Assembly: GCF_037042905.1 (NCBI RefSeq)
Contig: NC_087251.1
Span: forward strand, 48,238,001 to 48,302,000
Direction: 5' to 3'
DNA length: 64,000 bases
From: Lytechinus pictus
Lineage: Eukaryota
Shown in pieces: positions 39,845-52,891 of this stretch (position 1 is its first letter; the number at the start of each line of letters is the position of its first letter). A program made the translations under genes and the position numbers. The notes under the pieces were generated by a model, which saw nothing but the letters and a program-made list of their open reading frames with translations, did no database searches and was not told the origin of the DNA.

Positions 39845-42800
39845 ATGGCTGAGGGTGAGGCAATCCATCGCCATGTCCCAGAGTCGAGAGTGGATCCCTT
39901 GGTTGATTTTACGGATAAACAGTTTAAAAAAAAGTACAGATTTAGGAAGAATGAAGTGTTAAGGATCATGGACATGCTAAATAATCAGGAGATGGACAGG
40001 GCAACTCAACGTAGTAATTCATTGTCGAAATCTCTTCAACTCTGCATCGCACTGAACTTCTTTGCCAAGGGATCCATTCTCGACGAGATCGCCACCAATC
40101 ACATTGTTGATCCCGGAACTGTAAGCCGGTGCATTCATACTGTTGCCCAAGCATTGTGTGATATCAAGGGCCAAGTGAGTACATCTATTTTTATTCCGAA
40201 CTTATTAAATTTTAATTTAAGGCCTGGCTAGCGTGCGGGTTTATCGCCCGGTTCTTAGCGATCCGCAGCGCGTAGTCGCCGCTCATGTCCTGGCATGGCC
40301 ATGGCGCTGGCCGCCCCCTGTGCCTCTACGGGCAGATGGACGTGGTGCTCCGTGTAATTTAGCACAGTGCTTGCCGGTTTGAAAACTCATCGATTATTAA
40401 AGAAAATTAAAGGTCTAATAGTATATTGAATGGATATTATCCGAGACTAATGAAATGAGGATAGCCTACCCTACAACCTCATCGATCAGATGTTGTATTA
40501 CCACAAACAAAACCCCTAAAACTTTGCAACTTACCTCCGGCATTTTTTTAGAGATATCAACGATAAGTTCAGCAAGTAGCTACACATACCGGTACGTACC
40601 GCTAGCACTGGCCGCGCGGGCGGTGGCATTTGGTATGTCGGCCTTTGCCGGTTTGCCCAGGCCTCCAGGCAATAATTGACCCCAAATTATCACTTTTTGA
40701 AGATAATTCCCCTCGTTATATCTAAATTATATTTAAATTTAAAATGATTGTTTAAACAGAAAATACATTTAGGGATCAGGTGGGATGATTTAATTCATCA
40801 TTATGAGCTGCCAAAGGGATTACTACAACAAGTCCGGGTGGCATCAAGTATCGGGGGGGGGGGGGGGGGGGGGGGTATCCATAAAAATGTGAGAATACAA
40901 AGCAAGCAAGTAAAAAATTCAAATTATTAGGCCTATGTAAAAATTTTCACATTTTCGTCGATCAGGACATTCTGGAGGAAGGCTACTTAATTGATAAAAA
41001 GTTAAAATTAAAAATAAATCACATCTTGAATGTGCAAAAAACTCATCGAGCGGGGATATGATAGCCAATTTTTATAGGCCTATATGGTTGAATGTCAAAA
41101 TAAGATCAATAGAATTAAAGGGGAATGACAGAAAATTTAAGAAAGGACCAGATAAGTCACACTCATGGCCGCACACATACATTTTTCGCTGGGGGGGGGG
41201 GGGGGGGGGGGCAGCACGCATAAAAAATTTTCGAAAGAAAAACCCAAAAGCGAGCAAGCAAAGTGAGTGAGCTTGTTATTGGGGCGTTCCTGCATTTTGT
41301 CATGTGAAATTGAAAGATTTGGTGCATGATTTGGTGAATTTTCATTTTTTTTAAATGTAAGTTTTAAAAATTTCTGGGGGAGGCACAACTGCCCCCCCCC
41401 CCCTCCAATGCGTATGGCCATGATGCTCTCAGTGAGAGATGGCAATGCTGTCCTGCTAAAATAAAGCAGAGGACCTGCGAAATCCTCTGGTAGACAAGGG
41501 CAGCCGGATAATTTGCAAAAGAAAAAAAAGATACTGGGAGAGGGAAGGAAATCATGTGCCCAATATAGATAATTTTTTCGAACTTGAAGGTGACACTTTT
41601 TCCTTGCATGAAAAAAACTAGGCCGGCTACATTAAAATATATACCATGTAGATTTGCTCCAATCACTCTTTTTATCATCATCATATCTTCTTTCTCCATT
41701 ATGTCTTTATATAATATAATATAATAAAAAAAGGGCCATTATGAAAAAAATAGAAGCTAATTAAACATAGTTGAATTTGTTCATTATTCTTTTTATAAAG
41801 GTTGGGATAATGTACCTTTATAAAAAAATACTTTATATTTAAATATTAAAACAATTAAAATATTTACCTTCTAAAATAAGTGGGAATCAGATATTTCTGT
41901 TTAAATTCAAAGTTCAAGGACAAGTCCACTCCAACAAACAGTTGAGTTGAATAAAAAGAGAAAAATCCAACAAGCATATAACACTGAAAATTTCATCAAA
42001 ATCGGATGCAAAATAAGAAAGTTATGACATTTTAAAGTTTCACTTAATTTTACAAAACAGTTATATGCACATCCTGGTTGGTATGCAAATGAGGAGACTC
42101 ACTATTCACTATTTCTTTTGTATTTAAGTATATAAAATAGGGAATATCCTATTTTTCTCCTCATTTTCAATTAAGTGAAACAACGATTCAAATCCTCCCT
42201 GAACATGTGGAATGAGCACTGTTTAATACTATATGATTAATTCAGTCAAGTTGGTTCTTATTGTCAAATCTAAAAAAAAAATGAAATATTGTATAATTCA
42301 AACAATAAAAAACAAACTAAATGATGAGTGATGGACATCATCGACTGACTCACCTAGTTGTGCATATCACTGTTTCGTAAAAAATAAGCGAAACTTTAAA
42401 GTGTTACTTCGTTATATTGATAAATCTTCAAAGTTCATTTGCTTACAACTGTTCAGTGTTACTTAAGATGAGCTTTTGATGAAATGTCCAGCATTAGGAT
42501 TGTTTGTACTTCTCCAAACCAACTTTACTGGACATTGAGTTCTATCATTTTTTATTTTTTTATTTTTTTATTTTTTTTTATTTATTTTTTTTGGAATACA
42601 TCCCTATTAAATCAAGAAAGAAAGTATGATGAAACAAAAGGTAGAGTTAATCTACATTTATTTTTATTTCTTATCAACACACAAAATTCAAACATGTAAC
42701 TTCAACAACTTTCAATTGTATAATCATAACTTTTTTTTTACATAGGTAATCAAGAAGGGGAATTAGGCAAGCATTAATAAAGTATTTTAAAAATCTTGTT

Positions 42801-45178
42801 ATTGAATTATCAGCACTTTCAGTATTCAATCAAATACAAGTAAACAGTCATGTTAACTGAATATTGAAGACAACAAATCCATGTTCAATATCTGCATTAC
42901 TTTCTTACTATTTTTTTTAGGTAATCAAGTTTCCAACTGAGGAGGAGGAAGTAGCTCGAAACATGGCCGATTTCCATCGCATTGCGAATTTCCCGAGAAT
43001 TAATGGCATCATTGATTGCACACATGTAGGAATGCATGGTACTAAACTAGGGCCACATGAATATGTTTATAGAAACCGTCATCAACAGTACTCTATCAAC
43101 GTGCAACTTGTGTGCGATCCTAGCTATAAAATCACAAATGTTGTCGCCCGTTGGCCGGGCTCAACCCATGACAGCAGGATCTTGCAGGTACTGTCTTTTG
43201 TATTTGGGTTTTAAAATGTTTTTGTAAACATTACTTAAATATTGAATATTTCATACTTTCTATAACTGTCTCTTTTGAACACTACTAAAATTTGTATAAA
43301 TAACATGTTAATATAAATTAATATATATTGCAACACATTTTCACATCATTTAATACTAATAAATAAATGAATAGAATACGATATGATATTGACATATATT
43401 ACACTATAAATATAAACAAACACTGATATTTATTGACTTCATTCATGTAGTTTATATGTATTTTTTAATAAATAAATTACAATTACAAAACATAGAACAG
43501 ATGTGTAATTACATCTAATATTTGATATTTTCATCTCTATCAGGCAGTATTAAATAACATAAATAAATTCCATGTCCATGTAGAGTGATTAAATGAGTTG
43601 AAATGCATGTATTCTTTAACCAAATCTATTACCATTTCATTAATAATATTGAATACAAATACAAAAAGAATTATATCACATTGACATATTAATTTGATAT
43701 ATATTTCATAAATTAGTCAATGTATCAAAACCATTTTTACCATCTCTTACTCATTCTAATATTTCACTACAGAATAGCAGATTGGCCACAAAGTATAGAG
43801 CAGGGAGACTCCAAGGACTCATTTTGGGTGATTCGGGGTACCCTCTCCTACCTTGGTTAATGACCCCCATCTTAAATCCGACAACCCCTGCAGAGTTTGC
43901 CTATAACACGTAAGATTGATTCAAATTTTGTAATATTTCTTAAATAATGTAACATGTATTTTGCCACTGACTCAACTACCATTTGGTTTAACCATGTATT
44001 AAGTTCTTTAAATAATCCTACTTTCACAAGTACAGAAATATGAAAATGCTAAGGATCACTGATTTTAATCTAAAAAAAGATTCTTATTGAAATTCAAAGA
44101 CACTTCAAATTGTGAATTTTGAATTAAATGAATAAAATGAATATATAAGTAGTTTAAATGAAAACCTATTTCTAGTGTAGTAGGTTTCACAGTACACCAT
44201 GTACCTACTACACTATTCTTCTTCACCATGAAAACCTTCAGAAGTTACATCATTGCAAGTATTATAATTTTAATTGAGAGAGTGAAAAGGGGATTATTTT
44301 TGGTATTCAATGAGAAAACAAGTGGAACATATCAAAAATTCATTGACCCTAAATGACGTTTGACCTTGGTCACGTGAACTGAAACTCGGAAAGGATATTC
44401 AGTAATAGTTGATCACCCTTGTATCTAAGTTACTTGAACTAGGTCCATATACTGTCTAATTTATGATGACATTTTATAAACTTAATCTTGGGTTAGGATT
44501 TCAATGTTGACGCCACCATTGCTGTTGCGGTCAGAAAATGGTGCCTATTGTCTCACTCTGCTATGCAAGGCAAGACAAAAACTAACTCTTTACAATAAAT
44601 GGGTGCAGATATTTTACATTGTACAATTTAGATCACCTCTATATTTCAGTTGATGTACAAGTTATCCTGAAATTATAAGATTATAATTGAAGGGGGTGAT
44701 AGATGGATTATTGAACAAATAATAGACACTTCCACCACATAGGTTGTGGATGAGTCCATTTATTCACTTATTCATCCATATACTGTTCAAACACCATGAA
44801 TACGATTTAAATATTCATTTTTTTTCTATTTTCATTTAAACCATCTGTAGGGCACACAGAAGAACCCGTGTCATGATTGAAGATGTCAATGGTCAGCTTA
44901 AAAATAAATTTCGGTGCTTATTAGGCCATGGCATGCAGATTCAACCAGAACGTGTATGCCCAATAATTACAGCTTGCTGTGTGTTATTTAACATAAGCAA
45001 GGATCTACAAAGGGAACGGAATGATGCTGACGACTCAGATGAGGATAGTGATGATGAGGATCAGAGGCAGGCTGTGGAAGATGGCTGTGTTGGTGCCAAT
45101 GGGGCTGACATTAACAGAGAAGTGGACCCTACAGGCACAGCTGTGCGTACAGATATTGTAAGGACATTTGAGACATGA
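39845..45178 (+). CDS. Harbinger (HARBI1-like, DDE_Tnp_4-type) transposase, 353 aa, 4 exons
   Basis: Exons 39845-40174, 42921-43187, 43773-43909, 44851-45178, all GT-AG and phase-compatible (0,0,2), 1062 nt. Motifs GIIDCTH, NR...SINVQLVCD, WPGSTHDSRIL, LGDSGYPLLPWLMTP, YN.AH..TR..IE..G.LK.KFRCL, ACCVLFN; N-terminal HTH-like region. Confidence 0.92.
41916..42420. mobile_element. MITE family A copy, right-truncated, in transposase intron 1
   Basis: AAGGACAAGTCCACTCC start and colinear similarity to 45320-45860. Confidence 0.75.
44318..44582 (+). mobile_element. Helentron/HINE-like repeat, short copy
   Basis: ACAAGTGGAA start, TGACCTTGGTCACGTGA core, 3' hairpin GTCTCACTCTGCTATGCAAGGCAAGAC; similar to 49486-50145. 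Confidence 0.55.
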
Positions 45179-45319
45179 ATTACAGTTCATTATATATGTT
45201 GAACAGACAATTACAAAGCATTGGACTGAAGGAAGCAATAAGTTTAGACATAACTTTACACATTGTGATGAGAAAGCAATATATTAAAATCAGCATGAAG
45301 TGAAACAGGACATTCTTAA

Positions 45320-45860
45320 AGGACAAGTCCACCCAAACAAAATGTTGATTTGAGTAAAAAGAAAAAAATCCAACCAAACATAAGATGTAAAATAAGTTAT
45401 GACATTTTAAATTTTCGCTTAATTTCACAAAATAGTTTAGGCACATCTCGGTTGGTATGCGAATGAGGGAACTGATGACATCACTCACTCACTATTTCTT
45501 TTGTATTTTATCATATGAAAAATGAAATATTTTGATTTTCTCCTCATTGTCAAGTGAAACAGAGTTTTATTTCTCCCTGGAATTACCACTGCTTAATATT
45601 TTATAGTTCAGTCAAGTTTGTCCTCATTGTCAGATCTGCCAAAATTAAAATACTGTATAATTCGAACAATAATAAACAAAAGAAATAGTGAGTGAGGGAC
45701 ATCATCGATTCTCTCGTTTGCATGTGACTAAATAAGCAAAACTTTAAAATGTCGTAACTTTCTTATTTTACATCCGATTTTGATGAATTTTTTAGCAATA
45801 TGCTTGTCTGATATTTCTCTATTGATTCAAATTAACATTTTTCTGAGGTGAACTTGACCT
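45320..45860. mobile_element. MITE family A copy between the two Harbinger genes
   Basis: TTAA|AGGACAAGTCCACC ... GGTGAACTTGACCT|TTAA. Confidence 0.85.
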
Positions 45861-46129
45861 TTAACTTTTCAATTATACAGGTTATCATCTATCAAAATGT
45901 GATAAAATGATGGTAAATAATCAATAATTGTATGGGCTGTTTATTCTGTGATGTACGGGTTTTACCTTTCATTCAAGTTTTGAAAAACCTGAATGCTATT
46001 CTGAATCATTTTTCTCTTGCATGAACGAAGTTCAGTATAGACCAGGGGTGGTATTCTGAGATCCATTTCATCTCATATAAAATAAGATATCTTATCTCTG
46101 TTAAAACCAGTGAGATAAAATACCCTTAA

Positions 46130-46356
46130 AGGGGAATCCAGCCTTGGCCATAAAATGTTGTGTTGGGAAGGAGAAAAATAAATTAAACAGAATGGTGAAA
46201 GTTTGAAAGAAATCGGACAAGCAATAAGAAAGTTATAGCTGCTTTAAAATTGAGATCACTAATACTATGTAGATTCAAATTGGCAACTAGGTAAGTAAAT
46301 TATGACAAGTGGCAAGGACAACTTTCCCATAGTTTTTATTTGGGTTGGATTCCCCT
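46130..46356 (+). mobile_element. MITE family B, internally deleted copy
   Basis: TTAA|AGGGGAATCCAGCC ... TGGATTCCCCT|TTAA; lacks ~370 bp relative to 10823-11418. Confidence 0.88.
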
Positions 46357-46843
46357 TTAACCCCTAAAAGGACTGATGGCCCCCTCAACGCTTTGCGCAA
46401 TATTTCCGAAACGCAAAAAATATAGTGCCGCAAAATGTTATGACTTTTTACTTTTAAGTCTCGTGCAACTTTTGAGACCAATTTTGCCATATACGGGTAT
46501 AGCATCGCGACGCCATGTGACTTTATACGAGACAATGTCAAGCCGAAAATGGCTCATTTTTATACTTTGTGTACAAAGTCTATCGAAGATGAAATTCATA
46601 AAAGCGTTTTTTGTTCTGATTGGTCTGTTTAATTAATTTAGGGTTTAATTTAGTTGTTAAATGGTCTGTTATAATTTCCAATGAAAAAAAAGAGAAACAA
46701 AAGATGAAAAAATCAAAAGAAATTCTTAAAACAATTTTTCTTTGTGGAAACCTTTAAATTAAAAAAGAAAGAATTGATTTGAAAAAAAAAACTAGTTTTG
46801 CAAGAGAAATCAGGCAAGATCTGTGGGTCACAAACCACTCTGA

Positions 46844-49800
46844 TTAACACTCCTTTTCAACGAATTGCCTGATCATATCTCTTATTTCTTCAAGGGCAAC
46901 GACACATCTCTCTTGCAACACTAGTTTTCTTTTTTCCAACTCAATTCTTTGTTTTTTTAGCTTTAAGGACTCTTCCTCATATGAGTTGTGCTGAACTTTT
47001 CTCTTCTTAGTGGCCTGAGTGGTTCTTGAAGTTGAAGGATAGGTGGCAATTGTGCGAACAGGAATACCGGTAACTGGGATACTGGGTAGAGATGGCACAG
47101 ATGGTTGCACACTAGTTGCCATTGTAGTAAAAATCTGGGCAGCTGCTGTCTCAGAATCTGTGTCCTGTTTTTAAAAGTGAGAAAAAGGAATATCAATAGT
47201 AACCTTCATTTTGTTATTAAAATATCTCATTTACACTTCCTTTCAAATTCTTAAGGTAGCTGCTGTCTCAGAAGCTGTGTCCCAATTTCAAATAACTATG
47301 GATATCTTTTTTTAAACAAGTTACTTTCCTTCATAAGGTATCTTCATATGTCAATCTCTTTTTCAACAGATTTTCAGTATTGATTATCAAGGAAGAACGG
47401 GTACTCACATGCAGAGTTGATGTAAAGTTTGCTGCATCATAATACGATAGGTCAAATCATCTCCCATTCAAAATATATTTATAATTACATCAAACTTTTA
47501 AGCAACAAAATGCATATTTAATAAAAATTTAGTTAACCTGTGATGATGGGAGTCCAGCCTCTATCTCGTTTCCGAATATCCCACTTATAGCCTGCTGGCA
47601 TTGTGCATCTAATACGGCCTCAAACACAGAATTAAGATTGAATGGTCCTCCTCCTGTTGAGTTCAGTAAAAAATATAAACTCTATTGATGAAGCTATATG
47701 AATATCAATAATTTTAAATGGATACAATTTATTCGATACAGGTATTTCATCATTTATTATAGCTAAAATTATCAAATGGAAAAAGTTCCCTAATTACTTA
47801 AAGCTGTATGATATGTAACTTATGTATATTTGTAGCATGTTAAATATGCTCCAGATGGTTCTTTTCTTGCATAATTCTCACGAATGCCACTTCTGAAGCA
47901 TGAATGTTTTTCTGTGATAAAATTGAGAAATAGTGAGATGAATATTTTTCTTTTTGCACAAATCTAATGGGTAAGAGACAGTGCATTTTTTAAAAACATG
48001 CATTGTACACATTTGTTCTTAGATACATATACTTAATAAAGAAATATAGATTGCTGTTAGCCATGTTGGTTTCTAATTCAAACACACAAAAAATGTATGT
48101 GACATGTCTGTTTGAAGGAATGCTGCTATGAATGTGCTGTGTATTCACAAGTGGCTCCCCACATTAGCAATTCTTCCATCTATAGCACATTGTGGTGGGT
48201 TATGGCATCAAAATAAGTTTCCAAGCATGACAAATCTTAAAGATAAATGCCAGTTGCAGTAACAATCTCAACATGACTTCAAACAGAATCCAATGAATTA
48301 CCACAAGCGTTTGTATGTATTAACAAAAAAATACGAGCCAAATACCTCTAGAAGAAACTGTATAATTGCTGAAAAATGAGTACGGAATTCCTTCAGATGT
48401 TTGGTATTTTTCGAAGCAATGTTAATTCGGTGTCCCATATACATTTTTATGTGTTAGTAATCATCAGAATAATCCATTTTGAGCTAGGATTTCAAGATTT
48501 ACAAAGATAAGTTTACATTAATGTACCAGAGCTAGATGTATGATAATACTTTGACAACCTTGATTTAATAGACTTTCTCATAAAATAGTGATTCAATTAC
48601 TGCCTTTTACCTTTAACTAGTCATTTGCAAAATAATTCTAGATTCATAGAAAAAAAAACCTTGAATGCTTATGAAATATAATTACCTGTCTTATTCTTCT
48701 CAACTACATATTTATTAGCTCTAATCTTCAAATCACTCCATTTCCGCTTAATGTCCTTCCAACATCTTGATGTTCCATGATTCAGAAGTAGCAATTGTTC
48801 ACATTCTTCCCAGGTTTTTTTCTTCCTTTCCTCTACCTGTATTTATTTACAATGAGCATTTCAATATGAAAGAAATGTATGATTTATCTTCAAAGGTGTA
48901 AAATTAACTTGTTTATTCATTATGTACAATAGTAGTGTATAAAAAGACATTACCAGATATGAAAATAAATAAATCCTGATGTACAGTATATTGTCTTTAT
49001 AGTTTTGTACTGTTGTTATAAAATGACTTGAATGATCAAAAAGTTTGAAGGTGATGATGCATCAAATTATTATTTTTTACAATCACAACAAAAACACAAC
49101 ACACATTCTTCTAAAGTGCGGTAGCGTACAGGATAATACATGGGGTCCAACGATGTAAAAAAATTAGATTGAAAATTGATTTATATAATCACTGTTGCAA
49201 TTTTTTATGCTAGAAAGAAAAGGCGATAAAATTTAAAAATATTTCCTGAATATTATTTTGTAAAATAGCCTTAAAAATGGACATACGGAAGCTTTTCGAC
49301 TTCAGTATGTCTGCTTTTAAGGCTATTTTACGATTTTGTGGTACCAAACAATGATTTTATTACTCTATTTATTTTCAGCAAGGAATAACCCTTTATAAAT
49401 ATTAATGTTGACAACAATGAAGCCTAGTCTCGCTATGTGATTTGAGTGGGACAAAATTGAAAATATATGTTGTGAATATGTCCAGACAAGTGGAATGCCT
49501 CTGGCAGTCTCACCTGCATTACGCTATTCGATATAGCAGCAGTGCTGACTTTGAAAACAGCTATTTAATAATAATTCACAAAAGAAAACACTCATGTGAT
49601 AATAAAATACTATGTCAATTGACCCAACATGACCTTTGACCAAGATCGTGTGACCTAAGACATGTGCAAAACAATCATTCATACTTGATTAACCGTATAT
49701 CTATGTTTCATGAACGACATGTGTAGATCCATAAACTTTCTAAGTTATGCCAATTCAAAAAATACCCCCATCACGGCCAAAGTTCATTGTCCCTAAATGA

Positions 49801-51141
49801 GTTTGATTTTGGTCACGTGACTTGAAACAAGCAAAGGATATTCAGGGATACATAGTTATTCTTATGTCCCAAGTTTCATGAACTAGATCTATAAACTTTA
49901 AAGGTTATGACAATTCCACAAATACGCCCAACATTATCATAAATTCATTGACCCTAAATGACCTTTGACCTTGGTCATGTGACCTGAAACTAAGGCAGGA
50001 AATTACTTGATTACCCTTATGTCCAGGTTTCATGAACTAGGTCCATTCAAAAACTTAACCTTGGTAAGATTTCAATGTTGACAATGGCGCTGCAGTCGAA
50101 AAAGCGGCGCCTTTAGTCTTGCTCTGCTATGCAGGCAAGACAAAAATTATTGCCTCTTTCAAATTCCTTTCTTTTCTTTTCCTAAATGAAACCTTGCAAG
50201 ATAATTTACATAATTACCGTCTGTGTACAGTGCCCAGAGTTTCCAAAGAGAAGCTGGTGCTTCTCTGTCACGAATGAGCAAACTGTGAAGATTTCTTGGT
50301 CTGACCAGTTTCTGTTTCTCTTCTTGATCTATACGATAAAAAAATAAATGTTTCAAAGCACATGTAATTCACAATGTTGTTTATTACTAAGTTCACACAA
50401 ACATCCGAATTACAATCTATATGTCAAGGTACCCCTATTACTGGGTTCAAGGCAAACCCAAGACCAACAATTTGTCATGGCCTTTGTTGTCCCTCTATAA
50501 TTGGTCTTGGATATTTCTGTAGCATTTTATGTACATTTGTACTATACCCAACGGCGTACCCAGGATTTTCCAAAAGGGGGGCATATGTTTTGGAGGTTAT
50601 TTCGTCCGCAAAAATATTTGACAAGCGAAAAAAAAAGGGTCTTCAATCTCAAATAAAGGAGATTTCATACCCAAAAAAAAGGCATTCAAGTTCAAAAGAG
50701 GAGGCATACGTCTGTTTTTATTGCATTTTTACATTACAAATTATTAATTTTGCTTCTCAAAGGGGGGGGGGCATCTCCTAGATCAGTTGTGACTTGTCAG
50801 GGGGGGCAGTACGCTAGGGACTATACCTGATCGAAAAATGGCATTGCCCCCCCCCAAAAAAAAAATGCTCCATTTTCGTGTGTATTTTTGTACAATAGAG
50901 AAGTAACTGAAATTAAAATGGTGTGTAATCATTGTAATATGCTTTAGAGTTTTTGGATTTCCATACAGATTCTAACATGATCATAATTGCAATACAATAT
51001 TTATATATTTTCCAAGTGAGAATATTCAAACTACATAAGCAATCATTTTCATAAATTACCGGTGTAGCAAATTGCAATGTAACTCCTTGCAACACCCCAT
51101 TAGTCAAAAGAGGTACTTACTTCTGAATTTGCTGAATCCAT
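46844..51141 (-). CDS. Harbinger Myb/SANT-like DNA-binding protein, 239 aa, 5 coding exons
   Basis: Minus-strand coding exons 51141-51121 (MDSANSE), 50328-50218 (IKKRNRNWSDQEIFTVCSFVTEKHQLLFG..), 48836-48686 (..KKKTWEECEQLL..RCWKDIKRKWSDLK..KT), 47653-47538 (GGGP..), 47164-46844 (low-complexity region plus C-terminal coiled coil). All GT-AG, 720 nt in frame. Likely non-coding first exon ending at 53437. Confidence 0.85.
48241..48612. mobile_element. TTAA-flanked Kolobok-like MITE (family C) in a Myb-gene intron
   Basis: TTAA|AGATAAATGCCAGT ... ACTGCCTTTTACCT|TTAA, imperfect TIR. Confidence 0.65.
49486..50145 (+). mobile_element. Helentron/HINE-like repeat with internal ~165-bp tandem units
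   Basis: 5' GTCTCACCTGCAT is inverted to 3' ATGCAGGCAAGAC; 3' hairpin followed by an A-run; repeated GACCTTTGACC..GTGACCT units. Confidence 0.6.
50549..50819. mobile_element. hAT-like MITE with 8-bp TSD
   Basis: TSD ACTATACC at 50541-50548 and 50820-50827; ends CAACGGCGTAC / GTACGCTAGGG. Confidence 0.7.
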
Positions 51142-52358
51142 GATGCCTGGAAGAGAAAGAGAGAACATATTTATGATTTAATTCTTGTATCAACTTAAAA
51201 AAAAATACTTCCTAATTGCATACCTAGGCAATTGGTCTCAAAAGTTGCTCGAGACTTGAAAAATAAAGTCAGCAGGTGCTGTCAACAATTCAAGTGGCAG
51301 ATATTTAATTCTGAAAGGATGTTTGTAACATAAACATGATTATACATTTAATATGTTATGAGTCTTTTATTATTCTTTTAAGTGAAAATATATGGAAAAT
51401 ACACAAAGTGAATGGGAAATACATAAAACTGTTCAACGGATAATTTTTATATCTATTCTATGAAGGTCCAAATGCACTGATTTTTTTTCTCTAGAAACTT
51501 TTTTTCAAATATCGCAGTCAATTCAATTTACTTTAAAAAATCTGGTATCAAAATAAATTCCTTTCAATTCATGTTTTTTTTTAATATTTTTTCTTAACTT
51601 CTTTGATTTTTTTTTATTGTTATTTTCAAGACAAAGTTCATCAGTGACATTAAATTACTATTGTCACTTAAAAAAAATTACCAAGTTATGAATATTGACT
51701 TTTTACATGTAATCATGTTTTTGTCTGACATGTACTTAAACAAACATAATGTTGCAAAATTTCCTGACCCTGTACCTGGGAATGGCAAATTTAGTATCAA
51801 AAGTTGTGTGAGACTTGAAAGTAAAACGTCAGTCAGTGGAGCGGGAATAAAATTTTGAGTGGCAGATTTATTCTGAAAAATGTCAAGGGGGACCATATGC
51901 CAAATGCCCCCCCCCCCCCCCGAGTATTGTGCTTGATGTAAAAGGATGTAAAAATAAAATCATGATTATGCATTCAATATTAATAATGATGCACCATATG
52001 AGACACCCTTTAACTGAAAGCACCTGGAAAAGCATTGTAATCATCCATTTAACAATTTAAAGTGAAAAAAATCTGTCATCTATATAGCACCTCATGTGCT
52101 TGCATAAAAATCGAGAGTCAGCTACATAGTAGCCCAGGGAGGGGGGGGGGGGTACTCACGAGATAAGGCATATGGGGATATGCCGCAGGAATGGGTTGCC
52201 TTTTTTGAAGAAACCCCTAAACATTGCGTATGGTTTTATGCTGGAAAATCCCTAAGCATGGCCCCATTTTTTAGAAAATGTCCTTAAATATGGGTCCATA
52301 TTCTACTCCAATGTCTTAGGTGCTAATACAAAATGACCTTACATTTTACACCTTACAT

Positions 52359-52891
52359 ACTACCGCTACACTACACTCCACCTACCCGAACTTTGAGACC
52401 GTAAACTCTATCTGCTATTCCGAGTGACAAAGGTGGGATTTTATGGGGGAAAATATAAAATTCATGCAACATCACGACCTTTAAAAATAATTGAATTTAA
52501 TATTCTTACTTTACACCAAGTTTCACTTCTTTTCCATGCTTCTATCAGTCACAAAATTTGTGATTTAGAGCCAACACACAGTTCCTCACACGTATAAATA
52601 ATTCGCTGCCGATTTCAAAATATTGCATGCATGCGCGATACGGCAGCAAATTATTTATTTTTGTGAGGAACTGTGTGTTGGCTCTAAATCACAAATTTTG
52701 TGACTGATAGAAGCATGGAAAAGTGAAACTTGGGTGTAAGTAAAAATATTAGTTAGGCCTAATTGTTTTTAAAGATCGTGATGTTGCATGAATTTTATAT
52801 TTTCCCCCCATAAAATCCCACCTTTGTCACTCGGAATATCAGAGAGTTCAGTCACGAATTTCGGGTGGGTGGAGCATAGTGTAGCGGTAGT
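52359..52891. repeat. Long imperfect palindrome (foldback), ~250-bp arms
   Basis: ACTACCGCTACACTA..TATTCCGAGTGACAAAGGTGGGATTTTATGGGGG..GAGCCAACACACAGTTCCTCACA mirrored at 52660-52891; centre ~52625. Confidence 0.88.

Noticed and set aside
39845..45178. Calling the transposase the host gene HARBI1
   Set aside because: It sits between TIRs with a TSD and a Myb partner, so it is a transposon gene; orthology to domesticated HARBI1 cannot be shown here.
47409..47431. Extra micro-exon in the Myb gene (GTGAGT donor at 47408)
   Set aside because: 23 nt is not phase-compatible with the flanking phase-0 junction; the model is in frame without it.
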